DNA from: a virus
Taxonomy: Duplodnaviria > Caudoviricetes
Length of the DNA stretch: 64,000 nt
Reading direction: 5' to 3' (one strand)
IMG/VR virus record: IMGVR_UViG_3300027769_000026
Span: 17,367 to 81,366 of that record
Below the pieces are notes generated by a model, which was given only the letters and a program-made list of their open reading frames with translations, did no database searches and had not been told where the DNA came from. Numbering within the stretch: the first letter of the stretch is position 1; every line of letters starts with the position of its first letter. A program made the translations under genes and the position numbers. This document shows positions 8,154 to 17,451 of this stretch, piece by piece.

Positions 8154-9680
8154 GCCTATTTTTGCACCATTTGTTGGAACTAGATTGTTTGTAGTAAATG
8201 GGTTAGCTGAGTTGTATGGCCAGTTTAACACTCGTTGCAATCCACCTTGAAGATGTCGCTGATTGGTATAACCTGCTGTGCCTTCAGTCATGGTTTCTTT
8301 GTCTGACAATTCCAGTAACCAATCTTTAATTTGCTGATGACTGTAGTTTGGTCTCATGCCTGCCATAAGACATGCCACACCGGCTGTGATTGGCGTTGCC
8401 ATTGACGTACCGCTCAACTTGTTTAGGTAGTAGCTGGCATTACGAGAATCTGTAACAGCATTGGTATAGTAAGACGAGTTGGAATAAGCACCCATCGTCA
8501 TTGCGCCAGCGGCATAGATGCTGACTCCAGGTCCTGTTTCTGAGAATGTTGTTTTTTGTTCGGTACTTGTTTGATCTAAAGCGCCAACACATATCATGCT
8601 ACTGCCACCACTAATTGGACCTGTAGGACTTGATCCTCTGTGATAGTAATCTCCATTGACTGTGTTATCCCAATCCAATCCACCCGGGGAATCAATCTTG
8701 TGATAGTAATTGCCTGCGGCGCCTAACATGATTACACCTGCATCAATGCAATCTGAAACGTCTGCATCCAATGCAGTTATACGAACGCCATATAAACTAT
8801 TAACTTGGCCGTATGTTGAATCTCTTCCGGTATGTGTATAAGTTGTTCCACGATAAACAGTGGTACATGAACTTGGATAGCTGCCGCGCCAGCCCCAGCT
8901 GTTTGTACACACTGTTGGTCGCTTGTTTCCGGCTGCTACTTTTGCCAAATGGAATGCCTTGACAATGTCAAAACAGATTGTGTCTGATATTGCACCAAGG
9001 CCGCTGCCGCCAAAGATTCTAATGCTATAAAGTGCCGCACCTTTAGCCATGCCATTGTGACTACCGGCTGCTAAACTGGCGCAATTGGATCCGTGTCCGT
9101 CGCTGTCGCCGATGTATCCACCAATTGATCCGCCGGTAGGAGTACCAGGTACACCTAGACTGGCCCAGTTGAAATCAACAAGTCTAGTAGGACCTGTGCC
9201 ATCATATGTTGTGCTCCATTCAGGATGTCCTCCAATGATGCCAGAATCAATCAAGATCAAATCAACGCCCGAGCCATCCTGGTTGTAGGTATAATCAGCA
9301 GTAACTTGATCACCAACATACCCTGCATTTAATTGAGAATGTCTGTACAATCCCCAGTTACGCATGGTATTGTTGATTGTTATAGAATCTCTATGAAAGT
9401 TCTGAGCTGGTTGTATTTTGTGCAAGACTTTTTCGTAGCCTAGTTCTTGCGGAGGTCTTGCAACATCCAACACACGAGGATCATTGCGTAGAGCAAATGC
9501 TTCAGTATCAGTTAGTGCATAGTGTGTGTTGCGATCACTGAATGGTCTTTCATCAATGACAGTAACAGATCGTGCTGGAATAGTATCAACAGCCGCGGAG
9601 GCATCTGTCATCTGTGTTATAAAATCAGTTGCATCATTCTTGTCACGCAATGTGACTATGTATTCGCGTTCAGTTGACAT
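8148..9680 (-). CDS. Subtilisin-family (S8) serine peptidase with N-terminal propeptide
   Basis: Catalytic triad motifs LILIDSGI (D), DGHGSNCAS (H) and SGTSMATP (S); oxyanion AAGN; N-terminal EYIVTL...DP.V..V prodomain-like region. Confidence 0.92.
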   Translation of the reverse strand: MSTEREYIVTLRDKNDATDFITQMTDASAAVDTIPARSVTVIDERPFSDRNTHYALTDTEAFALRNDPRVLDVARPPQELGYEKVLHKIQPAQNFHRDSITINNTMRNWGLYRHSQLNAGYVGDQVTADYTYNQDGSGVDLILIDSGIIGGHPEWSTTYDGTGPTRLVDFNWASLGVPGTPTGGSIGGYIGDSDGHGSNCASLAAGSHNGMAKGAALYSIRIFGGSGLGAISDTICFDIVKAFHLAKVAAGNKRPTVCTNSWGWRGSYPSSCTTVYRGTTYTHTGRDSTYGQVNSLYGVRITALDADVSDCIDAGVIMLGAAGNYYHKIDSPGGLDWDNTVNGDYYHRGSSPTGPISGGSSMICVGALDQTSTEQKTTFSETGPGVSIYAAGAMTMGAYSNSSYYTNAVTDSRNASYYLNKLSGTSMATPITAGVACLMAGMRPNYSHQQIKDWLLELSDKETMTEGTAGYTNQRHLQGGLQRVLNWPYNSANPFTTNNLVPTNGAKIGL

Positions 9681-9686
9681 ACTTTA

Positions 9687-11138
9687 TCACCAAGCACCAG
9701 TTGATGTCCAGGCACTCTTCACCCAGATGTTGGAAGTTCCGTCATAATCTGCTGTGCAATAGAATATAGAAGTGCCATTCATTGCAACATCGCCGGCTTT
9801 GTTGCCAGCTGCACCAACTGATGTAGTGGGCACAACTCCTACCACACGGAACACAGTTGATCCAAATGTCACTGATCCTGCAACCGTGATGCCATTGCCT
9901 GTTATGACCAATGAGTCCGCCATTGCGCCTGCATTTCGAACGCTGAAATTCAGTGTGGTATCTTCAGAAGCTGATGTGATGTCGGTTACTTTACTGAAGA
10001 CAGATGCCGCAAGAAAATTTGCACTTGCAGTAACCGATTGTCTGAAACTGATGCTGACTCCAACATTGCCGTTGGCAGGAGCTGATCGATAAGCTGTTAG
10101 ATCAACTGATGCAGGTACGGTAGAGCCGAATGAAGACATATTGCTTATTGCACGCAAAATTCGATCTTGAAGACCTGTTTCAATCTCAAATGTTTTTGCT
10201 GTTGGTGTTGGTCCATAAGCCTCGCCAACGCGGAATGTTCCATCAACGATGGCAGAGCCACCTGGGCTGCCTGGGCTCAGTGTCACGTCTGACAGAGAAA
10301 TAAGATTCAGTATGCCGCCTGCACCTACATCAAGTGCACCCAAAGCCTGTATAGCATTTGTTCCAGCGCCTTGCATGTTGATAACAGCATCTTCGGCTAT
10401 TTCCAAACTGCCGTCCAATTTGAATGTGAAGGTCTTTGGAGTAACTCCGCTGGCATTGGTGATGATTTCAAGATCAGTATCGGATGTAAAATTAGGCGTG
10501 CCTGTGCCGCCGGACACAAAATTGTCAGCTGCCACTGTTCCTGTCACAGTCAATGTTGTTGTTGCACTGTCCCATTCAATGCCAGCCACATCATCAACAG
10601 CAGTACCTGTAGCTGAATAATAGGCCAACTTCTTTGCAACACCAGAATTCACTGTGCCTGAGCCAGCGCCGCCTGCTGCCTCAATGGTAACTGTGTTGGC
10701 ATCGGTTCTGGTCAGTGTAATATTTGTACCAGCGGCTAGTTTGACATCATCAGTTGAAGAATCAGACCCAGTTAATCTAAGATTAACTCCACCAGTTGCT
10801 GTTTCTGCACTGATACCATATGTTGCTCCGCTACCAGTTGAAGCAATGGTAATTGTATTGGCATCTGTTCTGGTTAAAGAAACATTGGAGCCAGCAGCCA
10901 ACTTGACATCGTCTGTAGTTGAATTAGATCCAGTTAATCTAAGATTAACGCCACCTGTTGTTGTTTCTGCACTGATACTGTAGGTTGCACCAGGGGTCAA
11001 TTCATGCCCACCCACAGTGGTACCATCATGCACAATAAGAGTGTGCTTGGTAGTATCTACTGTGACCTCTCTTGCAAGACCCGTGAAAGAGGCATTTTGT
11101 AGTGTGGTGCCACCTCGTAATTGAAGTTGTGTGGGCAT
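9687..11138 (-). CDS. Tail fibre protein with Mtd-N-like N-terminal domain and internal duplication
   Basis: MPTQLQLRGGT..QN..FTG..REVTVDT.K.TL.VHDG.T.GG N-terminus; two 54-aa repeats. Confidence 0.8.
   Translation of the reverse strand: MPTQLQLRGGTTLQNASFTGLAREVTVDTTKHTLIVHDGTTVGGHELTPGATYSISAETTTGGVNLRLTGSNSTTDDVKLAAGSNVSLTRTDANTITIASTGSGATYGISAETATGGVNLRLTGSDSSTDDVKLAAGTNITLTRTDANTVTIEAAGGAGSGTVNSGVAKKLAYYSATGTAVDDVAGIEWDSATTTLTVTGTVAADNFVSGGTGTPNFTSDTDLEIITNASGVTPKTFTFKLDGSLEIAEDAVINMQGAGTNAIQALGALDVGAGGILNLISLSDVTLSPGSPGGSAIVDGTFRVGEAYGPTPTAKTFEIETGLQDRILRAISNMSSFGSTVPASVDLTAYRSAPANGNVGVSISFRQSVTASANFLAASVFSKVTDITSASEDTTLNFSVRNAGAMADSLVITGNGITVAGSVTFGSTVFRVVGVVPTTSVGAAGNKAGDVAMNGTSIFYCTADYDGTSNIWVKSAWTSTGAW
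10665..10988. repeat. Tandem 162-bp (54-aa) duplication in the fibre gene
   Basis: ATYSISAETTTGGVNLRLTGSNSTTDDVKLAAG... vs ATYGISAETATGGVNLRLTGSDSSTDDVKLAAG...; the ATY codons lie 162 nt apart. Confidence 0.9.
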
Positions 11139-11163
11139 GTTTTATTTCTCCAAGTTGTTCATA

Positions 11164-12786
11164 TTATGCTACAGAAACACAACGCCATTTGCTGGTTGCC
11201 ACGTTCCAAATAAATCCTACATCGCTACGGGTAGTTGTCATACCAGTTGGCAATGTAACAGCTGAGCTTTCAAACGATGTTCCCCATGCAATAGTTGGAG
11301 TTCCAGCTGAAGCAGTGAAAGAGATCCATAGTTTCTGTCCATTTACAGGAGTTCCAGTGAGGCCGGATGTCATTGACGTTATGTTTGCTGCCTGACCTGT
11401 TATCACGACTGTATCAACACTGTCAGTGTTGATGGCAGGTGTTGCGCTGTCAGAGGCAAGTGCTAACACACGTGATTGTATCCACTTGTTAGTCAGTGTT
11501 TGAGTATCTGACGTTCCGACAATGTTGCCTGTTGGAGATGTCTTAGATGTGCCCCATGCTGAGCCGGTTGACACAGCAATACCAGCACCTGGATAAACAG
11601 TAGGACCGTCTGCACCTCGTGCTCCAGTAGCAGTAATTGTCCAGCTGGCAAATGTACCAGTACCACCAATCAATGTTACATTGATTGTGAGAGATGTGGT
11701 TGTATAGGCTGTAATGTTGCCTTCCATATAATTGGTTGCGGTTGCACCAAAAGCACGAACGTACTGCCCTACTGCAAAAGCGTTGGTGCCTTGTGCTTGG
11801 TTAACTGTGAATGTTTTTGTTCCTGTGGCAATCGCAAGAGAAGTAGTTGATGTTAGTCCAAAATAACCGCGGCCTGTTCCTGTTGCACCAGTTGCACCTA
11901 TTTGACCTGCAATGGATATTTTCCAAGAAGTCAATGTACCTGTTCCATTGGTATCATCTACAGATATTGTCATTGTAGTGGCTGCGAATGCAGTGATTGT
12001 TCCTTCCATAAATGTGGAAGGTGTCACTGTTGATACCACACGCACTCTGCTGCCAATAACAAATGCTGAGTTGGCAGCAGAAAGATTGGTTGTAAATGTT
12101 TTTGTTCCTGTGCCGACGGCTACAGAAGATGTTGATGAAAGTACATACCCAATACCAGCAGCACCAGCTATTGTGGCCCAGGACAGGTTTCCAGCGCCAT
12201 CGGTGATCAATGCTTGTCCGGCTGAGCCGCCAGTTATTCTGACCTTGCTTGGTGCACCCAATACTACTTTTCCTGCAGGAGCAATGGTTAAATCTGTACC
12301 TGAAAAGTTTGCTATAGTGTTGACATTTAACTGTCCAGCTTTTGTTATCTTAACACGATCGGCTAGGCTTGTACCGTTATGTGTGGCAAAAATCCATTCG
12401 GTTGGCATGCTTGTAGAGCTAGGTGTACCATCGACAACCGCTTTAAGTGTTGCTCCTATAACCGGTGTTGTACCGCCCCAGCCGGTGGCGGCAATATTTG
12501 CCAGCTCGTCATTGTCCAGTGGCACTGTCTTGGCTGCTGATGTACCTCTTCCTCTTACAAAATTGAAAGAGTCAGTTGGGGCGCCTGCATGGAATTGCTG
12601 GAAACTCATACCAGAATATCCAAAACCGCCAGTGTATGCGCTTTTAGTAATAAGAAGTCCGGGGAATGTAACTATATCATTTGTAGCATCGTAAAACACT
12701 GGAGCCGCCATGGGCGACAGATCAGTGCCAGTTACCGCATAATATGGAATTCTTCCTGCATTCCCAGAACCAATTGTATTTGCCAT
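11164..12786 (-). CDS. Tail fibre protein
   Basis: 540 aa, G/A/T-rich; two TSTTS.A(V/I)(G/A)TGTKTFT...MEG.ITA...T..TI.V....GTGT..SW.I repeats; DTQTLTNK motif; C-terminal W...F..S...LP.......D.GFIWN....KW.CV domain. Confidence 0.8.
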   Translation of the reverse strand: MANTIGSGNAGRIPYYAVTGTDLSPMAAPVFYDATNDIVTFPGLLITKSAYTGGFGYSGMSFQQFHAGAPTDSFNFVRGRGTSAAKTVPLDNDELANIAATGWGGTTPVIGATLKAVVDGTPSSTSMPTEWIFATHNGTSLADRVKITKAGQLNVNTIANFSGTDLTIAPAGKVVLGAPSKVRITGGSAGQALITDGAGNLSWATIAGAAGIGYVLSSTSSVAVGTGTKTFTTNLSAANSAFVIGSRVRVVSTVTPSTFMEGTITAFAATTMTISVDDTNGTGTLTSWKISIAGQIGATGATGTGRGYFGLTSTTSLAIATGTKTFTVNQAQGTNAFAVGQYVRAFGATATNYMEGNITAYTTTSLTINVTLIGGTGTFASWTITATGARGADGPTVYPGAGIAVSTGSAWGTSKTSPTGNIVGTSDTQTLTNKWIQSRVLALASDSATPAINTDSVDTVVITGQAANITSMTSGLTGTPVNGQKLWISFTASAGTPTIAWGTSFESSAVTLPTGMTTTRSDVGFIWNVATSKWRCVSVA

Positions 12787-12847
12787 GTTATTACTCCTAA
12801 TTTAGATGGTGTCTTTTCAAAGACATCTCGTTGAACTATTTACCATT

Positions 12848-13330
12848 TCAAACAACAAACCCTAGATCAACATTGGTAAGAGCGCCGCTTTCACCAAGAT
12901 CCAGATTTGTCATTTCAATCTGAGCACCAAAGGCATCCACTGACCCAGTGCTGGTTATGCTTCCTAAGTTTCCAGATGATAATACTGCAATAGGATCAAG
13001 TGTTTGTGCGGCGCCAACTGGTACCCATTCAACCCCGGTATCATAATAAATCTTGTTTTCTGTAGTATCAATCCAAATCCTTCCAGCATTTCCTGCTGGC
13101 GGTCTCGTTGATAAAATTCCAGCTGAAATTGATTCCACGCCAGTGCCACGCAGTAACGTGAACCAATCAGTGTTGCCTTTTCTTACTTCAAGTTCGCCCA
13201 CAGTGGTGTTGAAACGTATGGTTCCTGGTAGTGCATTTGCAGGACGCTGAGACTCTGTTCCTCGAGGTAACTGTACACCGTTGGTACTGTCAATGATAAG
13301 TCTGTCGTCTGGGCTAATTTTAGTTGGCAT
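12848..13330 (-). CDS. Short fibre/decoration-type virion protein
   Basis: LPRGTESQRP...GTIRFNTT..ELE and RP.AG..GRIWIDTT....YYD.G..W motifs; directly after the capsid gene, with its own TAAATA box and SD. Confidence 0.7.
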   Translation of the reverse strand: MPTKISPDDRLIIDSTNGVQLPRGTESQRPANALPGTIRFNTTVGELEVRKGNTDWFTLLRGTGVESISAGILSTRPPAGNAGRIWIDTTENKIYYDTGVEWVPVGAAQTLDPIAVLSSGNLGSITSTGSVDAFGAQIEMTNLDLGESGALTNVDLGFVV

Positions 13331-13368
13331 GATTAAGATCTCCAGTAGTATTTACCGTTTGAGAGGAC

Positions 13369-13400
13369 AAAAAAATACCGGGTATTTCTACCCGGTATTT
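13369..13400 (-). terminator. Rho-independent terminator after the major capsid gene
   Basis: Minus strand AAATACCGGGTA-GAAA-TACCCGGTATTT followed by a U-tract. Confidence 0.9.
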
Positions 13401-13423
13401 GCATTGCTTTAAGGCAACTTGGA

Positions 13424-14602
13424 TTAAGCAAAAACCAATCCAGCAACTGCAATCTTGTTCAGATAGTCAGCGGCGTTACCGAAGCTTGATGAAGTGTTGG
13501 TCAATTCCACATATCCGTAACGTGTCATGAAGCTGACAGTTGGTTCGAATGTGTTTGGATCAAGCACAACACCTGAGCTCATCAATGGAATGTATGGGCA
13601 ATAGAAACTTGCGGCATCCATTTCATTTGGTCCTTTGTAACCAACCAATACTGGTGTAGTGTCAGTAGCATAGCTATCAACATAAACACGTACTGAGTTG
13701 TTCAAAGTACCAACAAACTTGGTGTTTGTAGGAGCTTCAAATGTACCTTCTGTGGTACGAGCAAAAGCAGAAGTAGTAGCAGACTGAAGAACTGTCAAAG
13801 CTGTTGGGCTTACAACAATCCAGTTACCTGCGCCACGACGTGTGCGCTGAGCGATCTGGTTGGCAGCACGGTTGATCATGATTGCCAATACAGCATGGCG
13901 ATCACCAACGTAGTTAGGAGTACCAGTAAAGGCAGTACCTGTAGTTGGAGTCATGTCAAATGTGTCGCTTGTACCAGCCAATGAACGCAAGCTGCCTAGC
14001 AACTCTTGGTCAATTTCAGCTGTGATTTCTTGTGCCAAAGCAGCCATGATTTCTGCTTCAACGTCTAGACCGTGCATGCTCTGTGCATCCTGAGCAGCCT
14101 CAAAAGTCCAGCGAGCTTGTAGCTTGCGTGACTTGGCTTCAACAGTTTGCTTCAAGATCTGGATGTTTAGCTTCTTACCACCGTCGCCTTCGAGTGTGCT
14201 AGTAGCGGCTGCGGCAGGAGTGCTTGTTGACAAGTTACCTGAGTAAGCCTTAGCAATGTCGAATGGACCAAGTGCTTCGTCACCAGCAGTACGGCCAGCG
14301 GCTGATTCTGCATAGCGAACACGCATTGTGTGGATCTGGCCTACTGGACCAGTCATTGGTTGAACGCCAAGAATTTCGTTAGCGATCACTGTTGGCATAA
14401 CACGACGGATTACTGGAAGAATAACCTTGTTCAACACAGCTACGTTGCCGGCTGTGGTTGAAGTGGCTGCACTTTCAGTCATATACTTACGTGTATTTTC
14501 TAATACGGTCTCCATAACTGTCTTACGGTTACCTGAGAGTCCTTCAACGAGAGCCTCTTTAGCGGCTGACCAGTTACGGGACTCGAAAAGTTTATCGGAC
14601 AT
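13424..14602 (-). CDS. gp23: Major capsid protein (T4 gp23 family); start reassigned to MSDKLFES
   Basis: GVQPMTGPVGQI..MR..Y, KSRKL.A.WT.EAAQD...HGLD.E.E....LA.EI..EID, FYCPYIPL, F.TRYG motifs; SD AGGAG before 14602. Confidence 0.97.
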   Translation of the reverse strand: MSDKLFESRNWSAAKEALVEGLSGNRKTVMETVLENTRKYMTESAATSTTAGNVAVLNKVILPVIRRVMPTVIANEILGVQPMTGPVGQIHTMRVRYAESAAGRTAGDEALGPFDIAKAYSGNLSTSTPAAAATSTLEGDGGKKLNIQILKQTVEAKSRKLQARWTFEAAQDAQSMHGLDVEAEIMAALAQEITAEIDQELLGSLRSLAGTSDTFDMTPTTGTAFTGTPNYVGDRHAVLAIMINRAANQIAQRTRRGAGNWIVVSPTALTVLQSATTSAFARTTEGTFEAPTNTKFVGTLNNSVRVYVDSYATDTTPVLVGYKGPNEMDAASFYCPYIPLMSSGVVLDPNTFEPTVSFMTRYGYVELTNTSSSFGNAADYLNKIAVAGLVFA

Positions 14603-14618
14603 TGTAATTCTCCTGTTA

Positions 14619-15722
14619 TTACTTTGCGATTCCGGCAAGTTTCTTAAGACTGATTATCGAACCATCATCAATGGCAGATTCAGAAGTCTTATCACCTGTG
14701 GCAGCACTAGTGTTCTGCTCTTGGCGACTTTCGATAAGCGGCTTTTTACCGGGACTGCGGCCACTCTCGTTTAGAACTGACGGAAGATATTTCTGGTATG
14801 ACTCACGAAGCTTTTCAGTAGAAACTGTGCCTAGTAGGTCTTCCATGATACCACGCTTGTCTTTCGACAAAGGCGCCATCAACTCTTGCATAACGCGATC
14901 GCGCTTCAACGTATCTTCTGCGATACGAGCTTTGCGTTCAGCGTCAGCTATTGCTTGTTGCTTGCTCTCAACAATCTGTTCCTTTTCAGCAACAGTTCCT
15001 TCAAGAGCAATGATCTTGTCACTCAGCTTCTTGAGCTCAGTAGCATCTGCAAAGTGCGATGCCATAAACTCAGCGGCGTATGCTTCCATGATCTTACGAC
15101 CGAAAGCATTCTTGCGAGCTTCGGTAATGTCTTGCTTCAATTGGCCTATTTCTGCACGGAGTGCTTCGCCAATAAAGGCATTGGCTTTTTCAGCAGCCTG
15201 AGAAACGAATTTCTGCTTGGCTTCCTTGATTGCCTGCTTGCCTTCTGAAATTAATTGAACTCTGGTGTCGATGAGCTTTTGCTCTTCTTCACGCAGTTCA
15301 TTCAGTTCCTTGGTCAACTTGCGAAGTGTGAATTCTTCCAACTTCTTAATGCTGGTTTTATTCGTTTCGCGGTCTTCTCTCAGTTCGTTGATTTCCTTAG
15401 CCATTGTTTCGTTTACAAAGCGGTTTAGTAGCTCAGCATGCTCAGCTACTTTCTTTTTGTATTCGATACGAGCTTGTACCATTGCATCGCGATCTTGCTT
15501 GAGCTCGCCGAGCTCTTTCTGCAAGTTTTCGCTGATGAAAAGGTCCAATGCTTCGACCATGACCGATTTGTCATGCTCGTAACGCTGGGAGAATTCCTCA
15601 CGGAGTTCTGCTAATGCTTCAGTCTTGTTTTCCTTGACTTTTGCATCCCAGGCTTCTGCTAGCTTGGATTTTACTTCCTCTGAGAGTACCTCGGATCCGA
15701 AAAGTTCTGTAAAGTTTGCCAT
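14619..15722 (-). CDS. gp22: Prohead core scaffold protein (gp22-like)
   Basis: 367-aa E/K-rich coiled coil between the protease and capsid genes; C-terminal ..LKKLAGI. Confidence 0.85.
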   Translation of the reverse strand: MANFTELFGSEVLSEEVKSKLAEAWDAKVKENKTEALAELREEFSQRYEHDKSVMVEALDLFISENLQKELGELKQDRDAMVQARIEYKKKVAEHAELLNRFVNETMAKEINELREDRETNKTSIKKLEEFTLRKLTKELNELREEEQKLIDTRVQLISEGKQAIKEAKQKFVSQAAEKANAFIGEALRAEIGQLKQDITEARKNAFGRKIMEAYAAEFMASHFADATELKKLSDKIIALEGTVAEKEQIVESKQQAIADAERKARIAEDTLKRDRVMQELMAPLSKDKRGIMEDLLGTVSTEKLRESYQKYLPSVLNESGRSPGKKPLIESRQEQNTSAATGDKTSESAIDDGSIISLKKLAGIAK

Positions 15723-15734
15723 CTCTTAGTCTCC

Positions 15735-16361
15735 TTATTTCAGGCTACTGATGAACTTTAGAACCTCTTCGTTGAGGAACTTCTGTGCACGTCTGTCATG
15801 ATTCACTGCGCTGGCAACATCCATCAATGCCGCACGTCGCTTATGCATCATGGCCCTTTCATAGATTGCTGTGGGATAAGCATCTGGTGCACTGGGTTGT
15901 GCAACAATGTCTACTGTGACAATATCAAAGTCTTTGACGTTTCCGTCTTCATTGACATTACCACTGCCTCTGCTAGAAACTCCTAGCTTGACACCACTTT
16001 CCATCAGGGTCTTGATGATATTACCCATTGGAGTAGGTAATACCTTGAGCTTGCCGTAACCATTGGGACCGTCCATCCACATTGATTCGATCATGTGGCT
16101 TACACGGTCTATGTTTACGGTTAAATCTTCTGGGTGATCTGCCTCACCCAATACGCTGTAACCAGAGTCTAATCTCTGCTTGACGCTATCAACTGCTTTA
16201 GCAATCTCACTCACAGGATACACACGCTGGTTCTGGTTCTTCACGCCACCTTGTATAAAGATGCCGCTCATGATCAAAGACTTACCGCCAGTAGGATTGT
16301 CTTTTGCTTCAACAACCATACCAGCTTGATCAAATGTAATTGCTTCTACCAACGGTAACAT
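15735..16361 (-). CDS. gp21: Prohead protease (T4 gp21 family)
   Basis: GIFIQG..KN.N.RVYP, GE.DHP, GVKLGVSSRG.G, VDIV..PSAP.AY motifs. Confidence 0.95.
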   Translation of the reverse strand: MLPLVEAITFDQAGMVVEAKDNPTGGKSLIMSGIFIQGGVKNQNQRVYPVSEIAKAVDSVKQRLDSGYSVLGEADHPEDLTVNIDRVSHMIESMWMDGPNGYGKLKVLPTPMGNIIKTLMESGVKLGVSSRGSGNVNEDGNVKDFDIVTVDIVAQPSAPDAYPTAIYERAMMHKRRAALMDVASAVNHDRRAQKFLNEEVLKFISSLK

Positions 16362-16366
16362 GTGTA

Positions 16367-17110
16367 TTATGCTCCGGAAATTGGGCTTTTAACATTAACA
16401 CCTGAAGCCTGTGCTGTTACTGGCTTTGGTGCTGGTTTTACGTTTGGCTCAGTGGTTGAGTTTAGGCTCTTAGGAGCAGCAACTTTACCACCAGTTTCAT
16501 TGCCTTGTCCAAACTTAACAGCGGCAGCGCCATTGTCTGATACTTTAGGACCCGAACTTACTGGGCTGGACTTGTTGTCAGCTTTGTCGCCATTGTCTGG
16601 TGTTGCAACCTTGGACATTTCAACTGCTTCGCCTAGTGATTCTTCAGGCATGTCAGCAGGCATGTCAGCAGGCATGTCAGCATTGGCTTCTTCGCTGTCG
16701 CCTTCACCATTTACTAACTTGTCAAATTCTGCTTTCAATGCTGAAATAGCATCTTCAACGTCCATCATAGCATCTTGAACGCTTGACTTATCATCAGCAG
16801 GTTCTTCAGCTGGGGCATCACCTTCAGGTGCTACTTCAGCGGCAGCGGCTTCTGGATCAATGTCTTCAGCTTCTTCTTCAGAAAACATTTCTTCATTTTC
16901 AATTTCAGCTTCGTCTGCAATAACTTCTTCTTCAAAATCAGCAACAGGATCGCCGCCAATTTCTTCTTCAATCTGCTCGTCAGATTGAATCATGCTTTCA
17001 TATATGCCGCGACCCTTCTCTACGAAGTAACTGTGCAACAAATCGCCTGCGGCTTCTTGATCGTGATTGAGCAAGTGCTCCAGGACTTTTTCTAGTGTTT
17101 TATGTGACAT
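16367..17110 (-). CDS. Highly acidic prohead core protein (gp67/gp68-position analog)
   Basis: 247 aa, very E/D-rich, located between the portal and protease genes; contains (ADMP)3. Confidence 0.65.
   Translation of the reverse strand: MSHKTLEKVLEHLLNHDQEAAGDLLHSYFVEKGRGIYESMIQSDEQIEEEIGGDPVADFEEEVIADEAEIENEEMFSEEEAEDIDPEAAAAEVAPEGDAPAEEPADDKSSVQDAMMDVEDAISALKAEFDKLVNGEGDSEEANADMPADMPADMPEESLGEAVEMSKVATPDNGDKADNKSSPVSSGPKVSDNGAAAVKFGQGNETGGKVAAPKSLNSTTEPNVKPAPKPVTAQASGVNVKSPISGA
16645..16682. repeat. 3x 12-bp perfect tandem repeat (CAGGCATGTCAG)
   Basis: Seen directly; encodes ADMP repeats. Confidence 0.9.
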
Positions 17111-17238
17111 TTCTAAGCTCTCCTTTGGCCAAAGACAGGTATGTCCGTGCTTTTATTTACGGACGCCATGTGTTATATAGTATCAAATGGTGAAAAAAGC
17201 GGAGTTTTTCTATTTGGTCTCAGCGATAAGTATCGCCT

Positions 17239-17451
17239 TCAACCGCCTGCTCTAGCGTAAATTTCCGCATAATGTTTGCGCTCTTCTGCTTGTTGTTGTT
17301 TTCTAAGCTCGCGCATGGACCTTAATTTGTTAAGGTGTTCCAGTGTTAACCGTGTTCTACGTGTGTCTTTTTTAGTCATAGGATTGTTATATCCTATTTC
17401 TAGACTTTGTGGATCCTGTTCTGCAGGTTCCTTAAATTCTCTTAATTTCAT
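17239..17451 (-). CDS. Small basic head-module protein
   Basis: 70 aa, overlapping the portal stop; LTLEHLNKLRSMRELR helix. Confidence 0.7.
   Translation of the reverse strand: MKLREFKEPAEQDPQSLEIGYNNPMTKKDTRRTRLTLEHLNKLRSMRELRKQQQAEERKHYAEIYARAGG

Noticed and set aside
9687-13330. Diversity-generating retroelement suggested by the Mtd-N domain
   Set aside because: No reverse transcriptase, accessory gene or adenine-specific TR/VR pair in the window; the repeats seen are in-frame domain duplications.
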